The position numbers and the translations under genes were made by a program. From the NCBI GenBank assembly GCA_014859085.1, contig JACUUY010000002.1:1-51771 (forward strand): 51,771 nt of DNA, given 5' to 3'. This document shows, piece after piece, positions 25,030 through 34,284 of this stretch (the stretch's first letter is position 1; every line of letters starts with the position of its first letter). This DNA comes from a candidate division WOR-3 bacterium. Lineage in GTDB: Bacteria; Hydrothermota; Tepidihabitantia; SM23-42. The notes under the pieces are model-generated. The model was not told the origin of the DNA. It saw only the letters and a program-made list of their open reading frames with translations, and did not search any database.

Positions 25030-25683
25030 ATGATGCAATCGGGGCGTTTCGGCGCGGCTCTGTGGTTGTATCTGTTACTGCTGTGCGGTTCGAAATATGC
25101 GGGTGGATTGATGGATATTGATCTTCCTCAGCCCAGAACGACCGGCGGACGGCCCTTGATGGAAGTGCTGCGCGACCGGCAGTCTTCGCGTCGGTTCAGT
25201 CCTGAAGATATTCCGGCGCAGACCCTGTCCAACCTGTTGTGGGCGGCCTGGGGTGTGAACCGTCCTGAATCGGGCAAGCGCACCGCGCCATCGGCAGTCA
25301 ACTGGCAGGAGATCGATATCTACGTGGCGACCGCGAGCGGACTCTATCTCTATGACGCAGTGAAGAACAGCTTGACACACGTGCTCGACGAGGACATAAG
25401 AGGTCTGACTGGCAGGCAGGACTTTGTCCGGGATGCGCCGGTCAACCTCATTTTCGTAGCCGACTATGTGCGCATGGGCCGGGCATCAATGCAGGACAAA
25501 GATTTCTACGCGGCCGCAGATGCCGGTTTCATCAGCCAGAATGTATATCTGTTCTGTGCTTCAGAAGGACTGGCAACCGTTGTGCGCGGCGCTCTGGACC
25601 GCGATAAACTGGCCGGGAGAATGAAGTTGACCGCCAGTCAGAAGATAGTACTTGCACAGACGGTCGGATATCCGGCTGATTAG
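25030..25683 (+). CDS. Nitroreductase-family (SagB-type) protein with N-terminal signal/anchor
   Basis: The sequence is RQSSRRFSPEDIPAQTLSNLLWAAWGVNR...SAVNWQEIDIYV...AGFISQNVYLFCASEGLATVVRG. SD AGGAGG precedes the start. Confidence 0.85.
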   Translation: MMQSGRFGAALWLYLLLLCGSKYAGGLMDIDLPQPRTTGGRPLMEVLRDRQSSRRFSPEDIPAQTLSNLLWAAWGVNRPESGKRTAPSAVNWQEIDIYVATASGLYLYDAVKNSLTHVLDEDIRGLTGRQDFVRDAPVNLIFVADYVRMGRASMQDKDFYAAADAGFISQNVYLFCASEGLATVVRGALDRDKLAGRMKLTASQKIVLAQTVGYPAD

Positions 25684-25764
25684 AGTGTCGCATGCTGCAG
25701 CGATAGCTCATTGACAAGGTGCTGCAGAGCCACTCTCCCTACCAGTTACTCGCAATCAATGCTC

Positions 25765-25792
25765 TTGACATTCAACTGAATAGAGGTAGAAT
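25765..25792 (+). promoter_or_regulatory. Sigma70-type promoter TTGACA-16-TAGAAT
   Basis: The sequence TTGACA ttcaactgaatagagg TAGAAT lies upstream of the 25840 methyltransferase gene. Confidence 0.5.
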
Positions 25793-25839
25793 GTCGCACT
25801 TCCGACGTCACGCCACGCGCGTGGCATCTGAGAAAAAAA

Positions 25840-26397
25840 ATGATAAGAGAATTGGCGATGAGGTTGCATGTCAGGCAGATCCGTGAGTACTATCGTGCGC
25901 GCAAAGAGGACAGCGTGCTCGAAGTAGGCTGTAACAGGGGTCTTTTGCTTGACCTGCTCGGCAGGCTTGGCGGTCCAACGTATGGCGTCGATGTCGATCA
26001 CACTGTTGTCGACCGTGCTGGACAAAAGGGGCATACCGTGTGCGTCTGCAATGCCGAGAATCTCGCCTTCCCCGACCGTAGCTTCGATGCTTTGTTCTCG
26101 ATACACACTATCGAGCATGTCGGTGATCTCTCAAAGGCCATGGGCGAGTTCTCCAGGGTCCTGAAGCCCGGAGGAACACTCGTGCTCGTTTATCCCTATG
26201 AGCCGGTCGTGGGTATTACCTGCGTCCCCTTTTGGTCATTGAGCAAGAACGGCAACGTGCACTTGAGAGCTTTGAAACCGAGGGACGTGGTCGGGATAAT
26301 TAGAGAGCGCCGGCTGGACCTGGCGCCCGTTCATTCGAGGATGTATCCTGTGTTGACCCCGAATTACGTCTCTGTTTTCCGGAAACGTTCGGGATGA
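25840..26397 (+). CDS. Class I SAM-dependent methyltransferase
   Basis: Motif I is VLEVGCNRGLLL, followed by FDALFSIHTIEHV and LKPGGTLVLVYP. Confidence 0.85.
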   Translation: MIRELAMRLHVRQIREYYRARKEDSVLEVGCNRGLLLDLLGRLGGPTYGVDVDHTVVDRAGQKGHTVCVCNAENLAFPDRSFDALFSIHTIEHVGDLSKAMGEFSRVLKPGGTLVLVYPYEPVVGITCVPFWSLSKNGNVHLRALKPRDVVGIIRERRLDLAPVHSRMYPVLTPNYVSVFRKRSG

Positions 26398-26467
26398 TCC
26401 GATTGCCGCAGTTGCACAACTTTGAAATGCAGCATGTGTTCAAGATTAGGATAACGGGAGGAGAAAT

Positions 26468-26899
26468 ATGTCTGGCAGTGGAGATTTGAAGCAGGAAGTA
26501 CGGGCTCATTTCAATGGCTTACAGATTATTCATCTGGCGACCATGGACGGCAGCATTCCAAGGGTCAGACCTGTTACCTTGATCCATTTTGACAAGAAAA
26601 TGTGGGTCATGACCGGCTCGCGTGATGCCAAGATAAGGCAGATCAAGAAAAATCAGAACGTCGAATTCTGCCTGCTGCTGAAGGCCGGCGAACACAGCGG
26701 GTATGTCAGATGCGCGGGTCAGGCCGAGATCGTCAAAGACGCGGCAACCCGCAAGTCGCTCGCGGACAGTACTCCGTTCTTCAAGGAATTCTGGAAGACG
26801 GCGGACGATCCCGGTTACACGCTGCTCCGGATGCATGCCAGAGAGATCGAGTATGTCAAACCCGGTACATTGAAGGCTGAACGGTTCTCTTTGGCCTGA
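26468..26899 (+). CDS. Pyridoxamine 5'-phosphate oxidase-like FMN-binding split-barrel protein
   Basis: The sequence is IHLATMDGSIPRVRPVTLIHFDKKMWVMTG...NVEFCLL. SD GGAGG precedes the start. Confidence 0.8.
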   Translation: MSGSGDLKQEVRAHFNGLQIIHLATMDGSIPRVRPVTLIHFDKKMWVMTGSRDAKIRQIKKNQNVEFCLLLKAGEHSGYVRCAGQAEIVKDAATRKSLADSTPFFKEFWKTADDPGYTLLRMHAREIEYVKPGTLKAERFSLA

Positions 26900-27011
26900 A
26901 TGTACTGCACTGCTGAAGCCGATATGAGTGCTATATTGTGAAACTGGTGCTTCTGTTTCATTGGGATCCGGTCGAAGCGGAACTGAGGGTGCGCGAACAG
27001 GTGGGGTCTAT

Positions 27012-27785
27012 ATGAGGCATTGGACTGAAAAATTCTTCTTGAAAAAACCAGAATTGTGGCAGCATTTTCTGGATCGGAGTTGGAGGCAATCCGGGATAAC
27101 AGTACAGGCGATATTGAAGATCCTGAAAAAACACGGTATAACAAAAGGACGTTTTCTCGAAGTCGCTTGTGGCAACGGCCGCATATGCATACCAATTGCC
27201 GTACGCGGATTTGACGTGACCGGCATCGATATCGGTGCATCATACATTGAGGATGCCAAGAAACGAGCGATCAAGCGAGGAGCCAAGGTCAATTTCATCT
27301 GCGGCGATATGAGAAGGCTCGACCGGCTGGTGCAAGGCAGATACGATGCGGTCCTGAGCATCTGGACATCGATCGGGTATTACGACAAGAAAATAGACCA
27401 AAGGATTTTCAGAATGGTGGCAAAGCGTGTGCGTAAGAACGGCTTGTTCTTGATATTGAAAACAATGTCCCAGGAATATCTCTTGAATCACTACTGTCAC
27501 GGTCTTTATGACGAGACAGATAGGTATCTCGTGCTACACAAAGGCAACAAGTTCGACCGTTTTCACTCGATAAACACGGAAAAGTGGGTGTTCTATGAAA
27601 AAAGGGGCATGGAACTAAGGTATGTTGATGATTTGGAGATCAGCTTACGAGTTTACTCATTGGCCGAAATAGTGGAGATGGCGGAAGATGCTGGATTCAC
27701 CTTTGTTGGAGCATACGATTCTTTGAGCGACCTGCGTCCGGCGCGACCGGACAGCATGATCAATACTGTATTTCGCAAGCGTTAG
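27012..27785 (+). CDS. Class I SAM-dependent methyltransferase
   Basis: The sequence is FLEVACGNGRICIPIAVRGFDVTGIDI and YDAVLSIWTSIGY. I prefer the ATG at 27012 over the upstream 26928 extension, which has no homology-like content. Confidence 0.85.
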   Translation: MRHWTEKFFLKKPELWQHFLDRSWRQSGITVQAILKILKKHGITKGRFLEVACGNGRICIPIAVRGFDVTGIDIGASYIEDAKKRAIKRGAKVNFICGDMRRLDRLVQGRYDAVLSIWTSIGYYDKKIDQRIFRMVAKRVRKNGLFLILKTMSQEYLLNHYCHGLYDETDRYLVLHKGNKFDRFHSINTEKWVFYEKRGMELRYVDDLEISLRVYSLAEIVEMAEDAGFTFVGAYDSLSDLRPARPDSMINTVFRKR

Positions 27786-27817
27786 AACAGCGGCGGCCAA
27801 AAAAAGGAGGATGGTTG

Positions 27818-27868
27818 ATGCACAAATACACGAACGTCGTTACCGAAACAAAGCGAGGTAATATATGA
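27818..27868 (+). CDS. Candidate upstream mini-ORF (MHKYTNVVTETKRGNI) coupled to the DUF2721 gene
   Basis: A strong SD, AAAGGAGG, lies 7 nt before the ATG. Its TGA stop overlaps the ATG of the next gene (ATGA at 27865-27868). Confidence 0.25.
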   Translation: MHKYTNVVTETKRGNI

Positions 27869-28365
27869 CTCTGGACCCGAGGATATTCAATGTGATCCAG
27901 GCGATGCTCTCGCCGGCGGTCATGATCTCATGTTCGGCGCTCTTGCTTCTTTCTCTGGTCCCGAGGCTCAGCCGGGTGATCGACCGGATACGGCTATTGA
28001 ATCAGGAGAAGACGATTATCGCGAAGAAGCCGAGCCGGGAAGATATTGACCAGGAGCGCATTGACAGTATTGAGCATCAGTGCGGGATGCTCGTGTACCG
28101 CGCGAAACTATTGAAACGTTCAAGCGGCGCCACACTCCTGGCGATCTTTTTGTTCGTGATCACGTCGGTGCTGATCGGCATGTCTTTCGCACTAAAGATA
28201 AACATAGTCACATTGACCCTTGGCGCGTTTCTGGTAGGCATGGTTATTGTTCTGGTGGGCGTCGGTTTCGCCTACTGGGAGATCCGTATTTCCCATAACA
28301 CAATAAGGGAAGAGATCGAAGTTTCACAGGCGATTGCGGATCGACTTCTTAAAAAATCAAGATAA
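27865..28365 (+). CDS. DUF2721-like membrane protein
   Basis: The sequence AMLSPAVMISCSALLLLSLVPRLSRVIDRIRLL is followed by two C-terminal TM helices, which is typical DUF2721 organisation. Confidence 0.7.
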   Translation: MTLDPRIFNVIQAMLSPAVMISCSALLLLSLVPRLSRVIDRIRLLNQEKTIIAKKPSREDIDQERIDSIEHQCGMLVYRAKLLKRSSGATLLAIFLFVITSVLIGMSFALKINIVTLTLGAFLVGMVIVLVGVGFAYWEIRISHNTIREEIEVSQAIADRLLKKSR

Positions 28366-28401
28366 TCGTTACCAAAATGTAGTCAGGAATTGAGGTGTTT
28401 T

Positions 28402-28590
28402 TCAGCCGCCGAGGATCCGTGCCGGCATCATTATGACGGCTTTAAAAACCGCCAGCACTCCATTCACTGCAATACCGAGGATCCGGAAAGGAAGCAGGAT
28501 AAGCCAGATCAGCGGGTAGAGCAACAAGGCGAGTATTGCCAGCGGCCAGCATAGTGCAAAAAGTATCAGCCAGAGCATGAATTTAAGCAA
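28402..28590 (-). CDS. Small hydrophobic membrane protein (62 aa)
   Basis: It has two predicted TM helices (LWLILFALCWPLAILALLLYPLIWLILL). AGGAGG lies 6 nt before the TTG start, and the gene has its own consensus promoter. Confidence 0.6.
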   Translation of the reverse strand: MLKFMLWLILFALCWPLAILALLLYPLIWLILLPFRILGIAVNGVLAVFKAVIMMPARILGG

Positions 28591-28608
28591 GTTATGCCTC
28601 CTCGTGGA

Positions 28609-28636
28609 ATTGTAGCCAGTTTTGCTTGGTTGTCAA
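28609..28636 (-). promoter_or_regulatory. Sigma70-type promoter TTGACA-16-TACAAT for the small membrane protein
   Basis: The minus strand reads TTGACA accaagcaaaactggc TACAAT. Confidence 0.5.
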
Positions 28637-28662
28637 GATTCACTAACGGCTGAGCAGCTGCC

Positions 28663-28690
28663 TTGACTCATTCGCGGTAGTGACTACAAT
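28663..28690 (+). promoter_or_regulatory. Sigma70-type promoter TTGACT-16-TACAAT for maf (divergent from the previous one)
   Basis: The sequence is TTGACT cattcgcggtagtgac TACAAT. Confidence 0.5.
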
Positions 28691-28781
28691 CCAATGGTGC
28701 AGAGAACAGAGAGCGACGGAGCCGATGTTTCACTCCGTGGCGTGTGTTGTATGCCGGGTATAAGCCGCATACCGCCGGACT

Positions 28782-29387
28782 ATGGTAAATAACATGAACG
28801 CAGGGAAGATCATATTGGCTTCGAGGTCGCCGCGCCGGCTCGAGCTTCTGTCCACGTTCGTGCCCGCGGCGCGGATCATGGTTATTGCGAGCAATGTCGA
28901 CGAGACGATCAAGCCAGGAGAGCGTGTCGAAGACTATTGCCAGAGGATCGCCCGGGAAAAGGCGATGGGTGTCTGGAAAGAATATTCGGGTATGTGTGAA
29001 ACCGTTGTCGCGGTCATTGGTGCGGATACCGTCGTTGTGCTGGGCAGAGAGATCATCGGACAGCCGCGTGATCCGGATGATGCCGTGCGCATCCTCAGAA
29101 ATTTGAGCGGACGGCGACATGTGGTCGTGACCGGCATTGCCCTGCTGTTTCCGCCGTCGGCGCGGCTGAATACTTTTGCCGTGAAGAGCAGGATCTGGAT
29201 GCGCAGGAACGACGATCAGACGATCGAAGATTACGTGGCAACCGGTGAGCCGCTGGACAAAGCCGGTGCCTATGCACTCCAGGGCCAGGGCGGCAGATTA
29301 GTGGCAAGGTACGCAGGCAGTTATTCGAACATCGTCGGACTGCCGGTCGACGAGTTGAGACGCGCCCTGTCCGGAGTCCTGCCATGA
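28782..29387 (+). CDS. maf: Maf-like nucleoside triphosphate pyrophosphatase
   Basis: The sequence is KIILASRSPRRLELL...IGADTVVVLG...IGQPRD...GAYALQG...NIVGLP. The start could instead be the ATG at 28794. Confidence 0.9.
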   Translation: MVNNMNAGKIILASRSPRRLELLSTFVPAARIMVIASNVDETIKPGERVEDYCQRIAREKAMGVWKEYSGMCETVVAVIGADTVVVLGREIIGQPRDPDDAVRILRNLSGRRHVVVTGIALLFPPSARLNTFAVKSRIWMRRNDDQTIEDYVATGEPLDKAGAYALQGQGGRLVARYAGSYSNIVGLPVDELRRALSGVLP

Positions 29388-30634
29388 GTAAGGCCCGGAT
29401 AATTGTCATAGGCGCCGGTCCTTCCGGCATGATGGCCGCCGGCCGGGCCGCCGAGCACGGCTGCCGCGTATTGCTCCTCGAGAAGATGGAGCGCCTCGGC
29501 TCAAAACTGGCGATTACCGGTAAGGGCCGGTGCAACATAACCAACATGGAGGAAATGGAGTCGTTCCTTGAGCATTACGGCACGAAGGGCAAGTTCCTGC
29601 GTAATTGTTTTGCGCGTTTTTTCAGCGGTGATCTGATAGATTTTTTCGAAACGAGGGGCATTGCTACCGTGGTCGAAAGGGGCAGGCGTGTCTTTCCTTC
29701 ATCGAACGATGCCGAAGAGATAGTCAATTGCCTGCACCGGTATCTCCTGGCGCATCGTGTGGAGATCCGGACCGGCTGCCCGGCCGATGCCATTCTGGTG
29801 AAGGACTCAAGGATCTGCGGCGTACAGGTGGATGGCGAGGACATCCGTTGCGACGGTGTGATCCTTGCGACCGGCGGTCTTTCATATCCGCTCACCGGTT
29901 CGACCGGCGACGGCTACCGGTTTGCGCAAGACCTGGGACACCGCGTGCGAAAACCCGGACCGGGCCTCGTGCCCATTGAGATCGAAGAGGATTTTATCAA
30001 GTCAATGAAAGGTTTGAGTCTGAAGAATGTTGAATTGAGCGCCCTTGCCAATGGCAAGGTATTTTGCCGTCGTTTCGGTGAAATGCTGTTCACGCATTTT
30101 GGCATATCGGGCCCGATCGTTCTGACCATGAGCCGCGAGATCGTGGAGCGGCTGAGGAAGGGTAAGGTGATCGTTTCGGTCAATTTCAAGCCGGCGCTCG
30201 CGAGGGAAATCCTGGAAAAGAGACTCCTCCGTGAGTTAGAGCAATATGGCCGGATGAAATGGAAGAATGTTCTCAAACACCTGCTGCCCGCGGCCGCAAT
30301 CGATGTCTTCGTATTGCGGTCGGGCATCCCGGCTGCCAAGAAGGCATCTGAGGTCAGCCGCGAAGAGCGCCACCAGCTGCTCCAATCCCTCACCGCCTTT
30401 ACCATGACCGTCAAGGGGCCGCGGCCGATCGATGAAGCCATAATCACCGACGGCGGCGTTGCGCTCGATGAGATCGATCCCTACTCAATGCAGTCACGAT
30501 TGGTCAAGGGCTTGTTCTTCTGCGGGGAAGTGATCGATATCGCAGGTGATACGGGCGGCTACAATCTGCAGGCCGCTTTTTCCACGGGGTACCTTGCCGG
30601 TGAAAGCGCCGGTCGTCTGTGTGGTTCACTATGA
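29384..30634 (+). CDS. HI0933/BaiN-family NAD(P)/FAD-dependent oxidoreductase
   Basis: The sequence is IIVIGAGPSGMMAAGRAAEHGCRVLLLEK...GSKLAITGKGRCNITN, and the C-terminal part is FFCGEVIDIAGDTGGYNLQAAFSTG. It has an ATGA overlap with maf. Confidence 0.9.
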   Translation: MSKARIIVIGAGPSGMMAAGRAAEHGCRVLLLEKMERLGSKLAITGKGRCNITNMEEMESFLEHYGTKGKFLRNCFARFFSGDLIDFFETRGIATVVERGRRVFPSSNDAEEIVNCLHRYLLAHRVEIRTGCPADAILVKDSRICGVQVDGEDIRCDGVILATGGLSYPLTGSTGDGYRFAQDLGHRVRKPGPGLVPIEIEEDFIKSMKGLSLKNVELSALANGKVFCRRFGEMLFTHFGISGPIVLTMSREIVERLRKGKVIVSVNFKPALAREILEKRLLRELEQYGRMKWKNVLKHLLPAAAIDVFVLRSGIPAAKKASEVSREERHQLLQSLTAFTMTVKGPRPIDEAIITDGGVALDEIDPYSMQSRLVKGLFFCGEVIDIAGDTGGYNLQAAFSTGYLAGESAGRLCGSL

Positions 30635-30715
30635 AACTCTATTCTCGCATTTTCCGGTTGAATAGGCAGCGCGCATCAGTTCTTTGTGGTCTACGGGGTT
30701 TTTTAGGAGGCATCA

Positions 30716-31777
30716 ATGCAAGATGACGTCTATGAGCGACTTGCCGGTGCGCTGGGCCGCATGCCCAACGGGTTCCCTCGGACACCTTCCAACGTGGAGA
30801 TCCGCATCCTGAAGAAGATCTTCACGGATGAAGAGGCCATGCTGGCGAGTAACCTTTCTCATGTCCGCGAACCGGTCGGCGAGATCGCATTGCGTCTCGG
30901 CGTGCCAGAGCAGGAGTTGAAGACGCGTCTCGTTGAAATGGTGAAGCGCGGGCTTGTATGGATGTCGCGCAAAGAAGGGCAGATGAGTTTCCGCTTGGCG
31001 CCTTTCATTGTCGGCATCTATGAATCGCAGATCGAACTGATGGACCATGAATATGCCCACCTGATCGAGGAGTATCTTGTGGCCGGCGGCGCTGCGGGTA
31101 TCATGCGGCCTCAACCCGCGCTCCACCGGGTCGTGCCGGGCCGGCATGCGGTAAAATCAGAGTACATTCTGCCTTATGACGACATCAAGGCGATGTTCGA
31201 GAACGCGAAGTCGTTCCGGGCCGAGGACTGTATCTGCCGCGTCCAGCAGGAGACGCTGGGCCGCAGAAAGTGCGATTTCCCGGTAAGGTTGTGCTTGAAC
31301 TTCTCGCCGGTTGCGCGGCCCAGCAGCCCGCATGACGTATCGAAGGAGGAGGCGCTCGCGCTGCTCGATCAGGCCGAGGAGATCGGTCTGGTTCATTGCG
31401 TGAGCAATGTCATCAAAGGCCTGTTCTACGTCTGCAATTGCTGCGGCTGTTGTTGCGGCATTCTGCGCGGTATCACTGATTGGGGTATTGAAGAGTCGGT
31501 CGCGCGCGCCAACTACTATTCGGTCATCGACCCTGACCTGTGCAACGCGTGCGGCACTTGCGTTGACCGCTGCCAGGTCCACGCGATCATCGAAGAGGGT
31601 GGCGTAATGAGCGTGCAGCGTGAGAAGTGCATCGGCTGCGGGCTTTGTGTCACGGGCTGCTCGAGCGGGGCCGCGGCGCTCAAACGCAAAACTGATGCCG
31701 AACTGGTCGATCCGCCCGAGGATTTCAGCGCCTGGGAAAGAGCGCGCTTACAGAGGCGCGGCGTAGAATCTGCTTGA
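30716..31777 (+). CDS. 4Fe-4S dicluster domain protein with Cys-rich middle region
   Basis: The ferredoxin motifs are CNACGTCVDRCQ and CIGCGLCVTGCS. An extra Cys-rich segment is CNCCGCCCGIL. SD AGGAGG precedes the start. Confidence 0.8.
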   Translation: MQDDVYERLAGALGRMPNGFPRTPSNVEIRILKKIFTDEEAMLASNLSHVREPVGEIALRLGVPEQELKTRLVEMVKRGLVWMSRKEGQMSFRLAPFIVGIYESQIELMDHEYAHLIEEYLVAGGAAGIMRPQPALHRVVPGRHAVKSEYILPYDDIKAMFENAKSFRAEDCICRVQQETLGRRKCDFPVRLCLNFSPVARPSSPHDVSKEEALALLDQAEEIGLVHCVSNVIKGLFYVCNCCGCCCGILRGITDWGIEESVARANYYSVIDPDLCNACGTCVDRCQVHAIIEEGGVMSVQREKCIGCGLCVTGCSSGAAALKRKTDAELVDPPEDFSAWERARLQRRGVESA

Positions 31778-31901
31778 GGCGTGCACGGACATAGGTTGTG
31801 ATTGAACACCGATGCGCGGAAACTTGCACTTGTCTCGGACTCGAAAATGTGTAATATTGTAATATGCACGTAACATGCTGGCGAAGTAACGGGTTTGATT
31901 C

Positions 31902-33734
31902 ATGGAATTGAAGAGGGCGCTCAACCTTTTTGATATCTTCTGTATTGCATCCGGCGCCATGATCAGTTCCGGCTTGTTCATACTGCCCGGTCTCGCATTC
32001 GCCCGGGCCGGGCCGGCCGTGATCATTTCGTATTTTCTGGCCGGGATACTTTCGCTTGCCGGCATGCTGAGCATCGCGGAGATGACAACCGCCATGCCCA
32101 GGGCGGGCGGCGATTGTTTCGCGATCATGCGCAGCATGGGTCCAGCCGTGGGCACGGTTGCCGGGCTGTTGAGCTGGTTCTCCCTGGCCATGAAGAGCGC
32201 CTTTGCGCTCATCGGCATGTCGCTGTTCGTCATCCTGCTCGTTGATATCGACATCCATATCGTCGCAATGGCATTCTGTTTATTTTTCGTCGCAGTCAAC
32301 TATGTGGGCATCAAGGAGGCAGGCAAGACCCAGGTGGCACTGGTCGTGGGTCTCTTTGCTTTGATGTGTTTATACGTAGTGGCTGGATTCCCCCATGTCC
32401 AGGCTCAGCGTTTTGTTCCTTTTGCACCAAAAGGATTCGGAGCAGTGCTTTCGAACACCGGTTTTGTGTTCGTCTCCTATGCCGGTTTGTTGAAGATCGC
32501 CAGCATCGCCGAAGAGATCCAGAACCCGAAGCGCAACATACCCCTGGGTATGATCGTGTCGCTGTTCGTGGTCAGTATTTTCTACGCAGCGATGGTTTTT
32601 GTGACGGCCGGTGTGCTTGATCCGGACGTGCTGAGCAAATCAGTTACGCCCATTTCAGACGGGGCATCCGTGATCATGGGACAGTTTGGTTTTGTCGCGC
32701 TCGGCATCGCGGCGATCCTGGCGTTTTTGTCCACGGCCAATGCCGGCATCATGACGGCGGCGCGCTCACTCGTTCCTCTGAGCCGTGACGGTCTGCTTCC
32801 CGTGTTTCTCGGGAGCATTAACCGGCGTTTTCACACTCCCCACTATGCCCTGATCGTAACCGGCATTTTTGTGATCATATCTTTTTTTCTGAGACTCGAG
32901 GTGCTGGTCGAAGCCGCTTCGGTCGTGCTCATTATGACCAATATCCTCGCCTGCATTTCAGTAATCATTTTGAGGGAGAGCCGCCTTCAGAATTATCAAC
33001 CCAGTTTCCGTGTGCCGCTCTATCCATGGGTTCAGATCATAGGTATGGTTTGTCTGGGTCTGTTGATCTTCGAAATGGGATACGAAGCCCTGATCATAAG
33101 CGCCGTACTGATCCTGAGCGGATTGTTCATGTATTGGTTCTTCACGCGCATCCGCGCGAATCGTGAGTACGCGCTATTGCATGTGATCGAGCGGATAACG
33201 GCTCGCGAACTGACCGACTACTCGCTTGAAACGGAACTCAAGGAGATCATCCGGGAACGGGACGAAATTGTCAAAGACCGGTTTGACCATATTATCGAGC
33301 AGGCGCCTATTCTGGATATCGACCGGAGGATTACGGTTGAGGAACTATTTGAGTTGGCGGTCAATGAGTTGTCAGGAAGGTTGAAGGTTGAAAGATCATA
33401 TTTGCTGAATAAACTCATGCTCCGCGAGAAGGAGAGCAGCACGGCCTTGATGCCTGGTATTGCGATACCGCACGTAATCACCGAAGGCAGCCACGCGTTT
33501 GAGATACTGCTGGTACGCTGTGGACCAGGCATCGTGTTCGCTCCTGACAAAAAGGACGTCCATGCGGTTTTCATCCTGGTCGGCACAAGGGACGAGCGCC
33601 ACTTTCATTTGCAGGCGCTTTCGGCATTCGCGCAGGTCGTCCAGGATCCTGATTTTGAACGGAAATGGCTTGGCGCGAAGAGCAAGGAGTCGCTGCGGGA
33701 TCTCGTTCTGTTGGGCAAGAGAGTTCGTCACTGA
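31902..33734 (+). CDS. APC-family amino acid/polyamine permease fused to a C-terminal PTS EIIA(Ntr/Fru)-type domain
   Basis: The core has about 12 TM segments (FCIASGAMISSGLFILPG...). The C-terminal part, LMPGIAIPHVITEGSHAFEILLVRC...VHAVFILVGTRDERHFHLQALS, includes the IAIPH phospho-His motif. Confidence 0.85.
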   Translation: MELKRALNLFDIFCIASGAMISSGLFILPGLAFARAGPAVIISYFLAGILSLAGMLSIAEMTTAMPRAGGDCFAIMRSMGPAVGTVAGLLSWFSLAMKSAFALIGMSLFVILLVDIDIHIVAMAFCLFFVAVNYVGIKEAGKTQVALVVGLFALMCLYVVAGFPHVQAQRFVPFAPKGFGAVLSNTGFVFVSYAGLLKIASIAEEIQNPKRNIPLGMIVSLFVVSIFYAAMVFVTAGVLDPDVLSKSVTPISDGASVIMGQFGFVALGIAAILAFLSTANAGIMTAARSLVPLSRDGLLPVFLGSINRRFHTPHYALIVTGIFVIISFFLRLEVLVEAASVVLIMTNILACISVIILRESRLQNYQPSFRVPLYPWVQIIGMVCLGLLIFEMGYEALIISAVLILSGLFMYWFFTRIRANREYALLHVIERITARELTDYSLETELKEIIRERDEIVKDRFDHIIEQAPILDIDRRITVEELFELAVNELSGRLKVERSYLLNKLMLREKESSTALMPGIAIPHVITEGSHAFEILLVRCGPGIVFAPDKKDVHAVFILVGTRDERHFHLQALSAFAQVVQDPDFERKWLGAKSKESLRDLVLLGKRVRH

Positions 33735-33788
33735 AAGATTTTGAGCGGTCTTTGTGTTAGATGCATTATTAGTACCGGGAGGTGAAAC

Positions 33789-34244
33789 ATGCTGAAGGAA
33801 TTCAAGGAATTCGCCATGCGCGGCAATGTCGTCGACATGGCAGTGGGCATTATCATTGGCGCGGCTTTTGGCACGATCGTCAAGTCGCTCGTGGCCGACG
33901 TCATCATGCCGCCGATCGGGTTGCTCTTAGGTAATGTCGATTTCACCAATCTCTTTGTCGTGCTCAAGCAGGGCGCAACCGCGGGCCCTTATGCTTCGCT
34001 CGCTGATGCCCAGGCAGCGGGTGCCGTGTCGATAAACTACGGCGCTTTCATCAATACGATCATCAGTTTCATCATTGTCGCTTTCGCGGTATTCCTCTTG
34101 ATCCGCAGTATCAACAAGATGAAGAAGCAGAAGGAAGAACCGGCTGCCGAACCAACGACCAAGATCTGCCCATTCTGCCAGTCGGCGATCCCGCTCAAGG
34201 CAGGCAGATGTCCGTTTTGCACTTCCCAGCTCAAAGCGGCATGA
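33789..34244 (+). CDS. mscL: Large-conductance mechanosensitive channel with a C-terminal double-CxxC (zinc-ribbon-like) tail
   Basis: The sequence [44 protein letters not shown] is the canonical MscL N-terminus. The tail is [18 protein letters not shown]. Confidence 0.9.
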   Translation: MLKEFKEFAMRGNVVDMAVGIIIGAAFGTIVKSLVADVIMPPIGLLLGNVDFTNLFVVLKQGATAGPYASLADAQAAGAVSINYGAFINTIISFIIVAFAVFLLIRSINKMKKQKEEPAAEPTTKICPFCQSAIPLKAGRCPFCTSQLKAA

Positions 34245-34284
34245 GGCGACCGTTCAGTTCTCTGAAATTTTCGGTCAATAGAAG

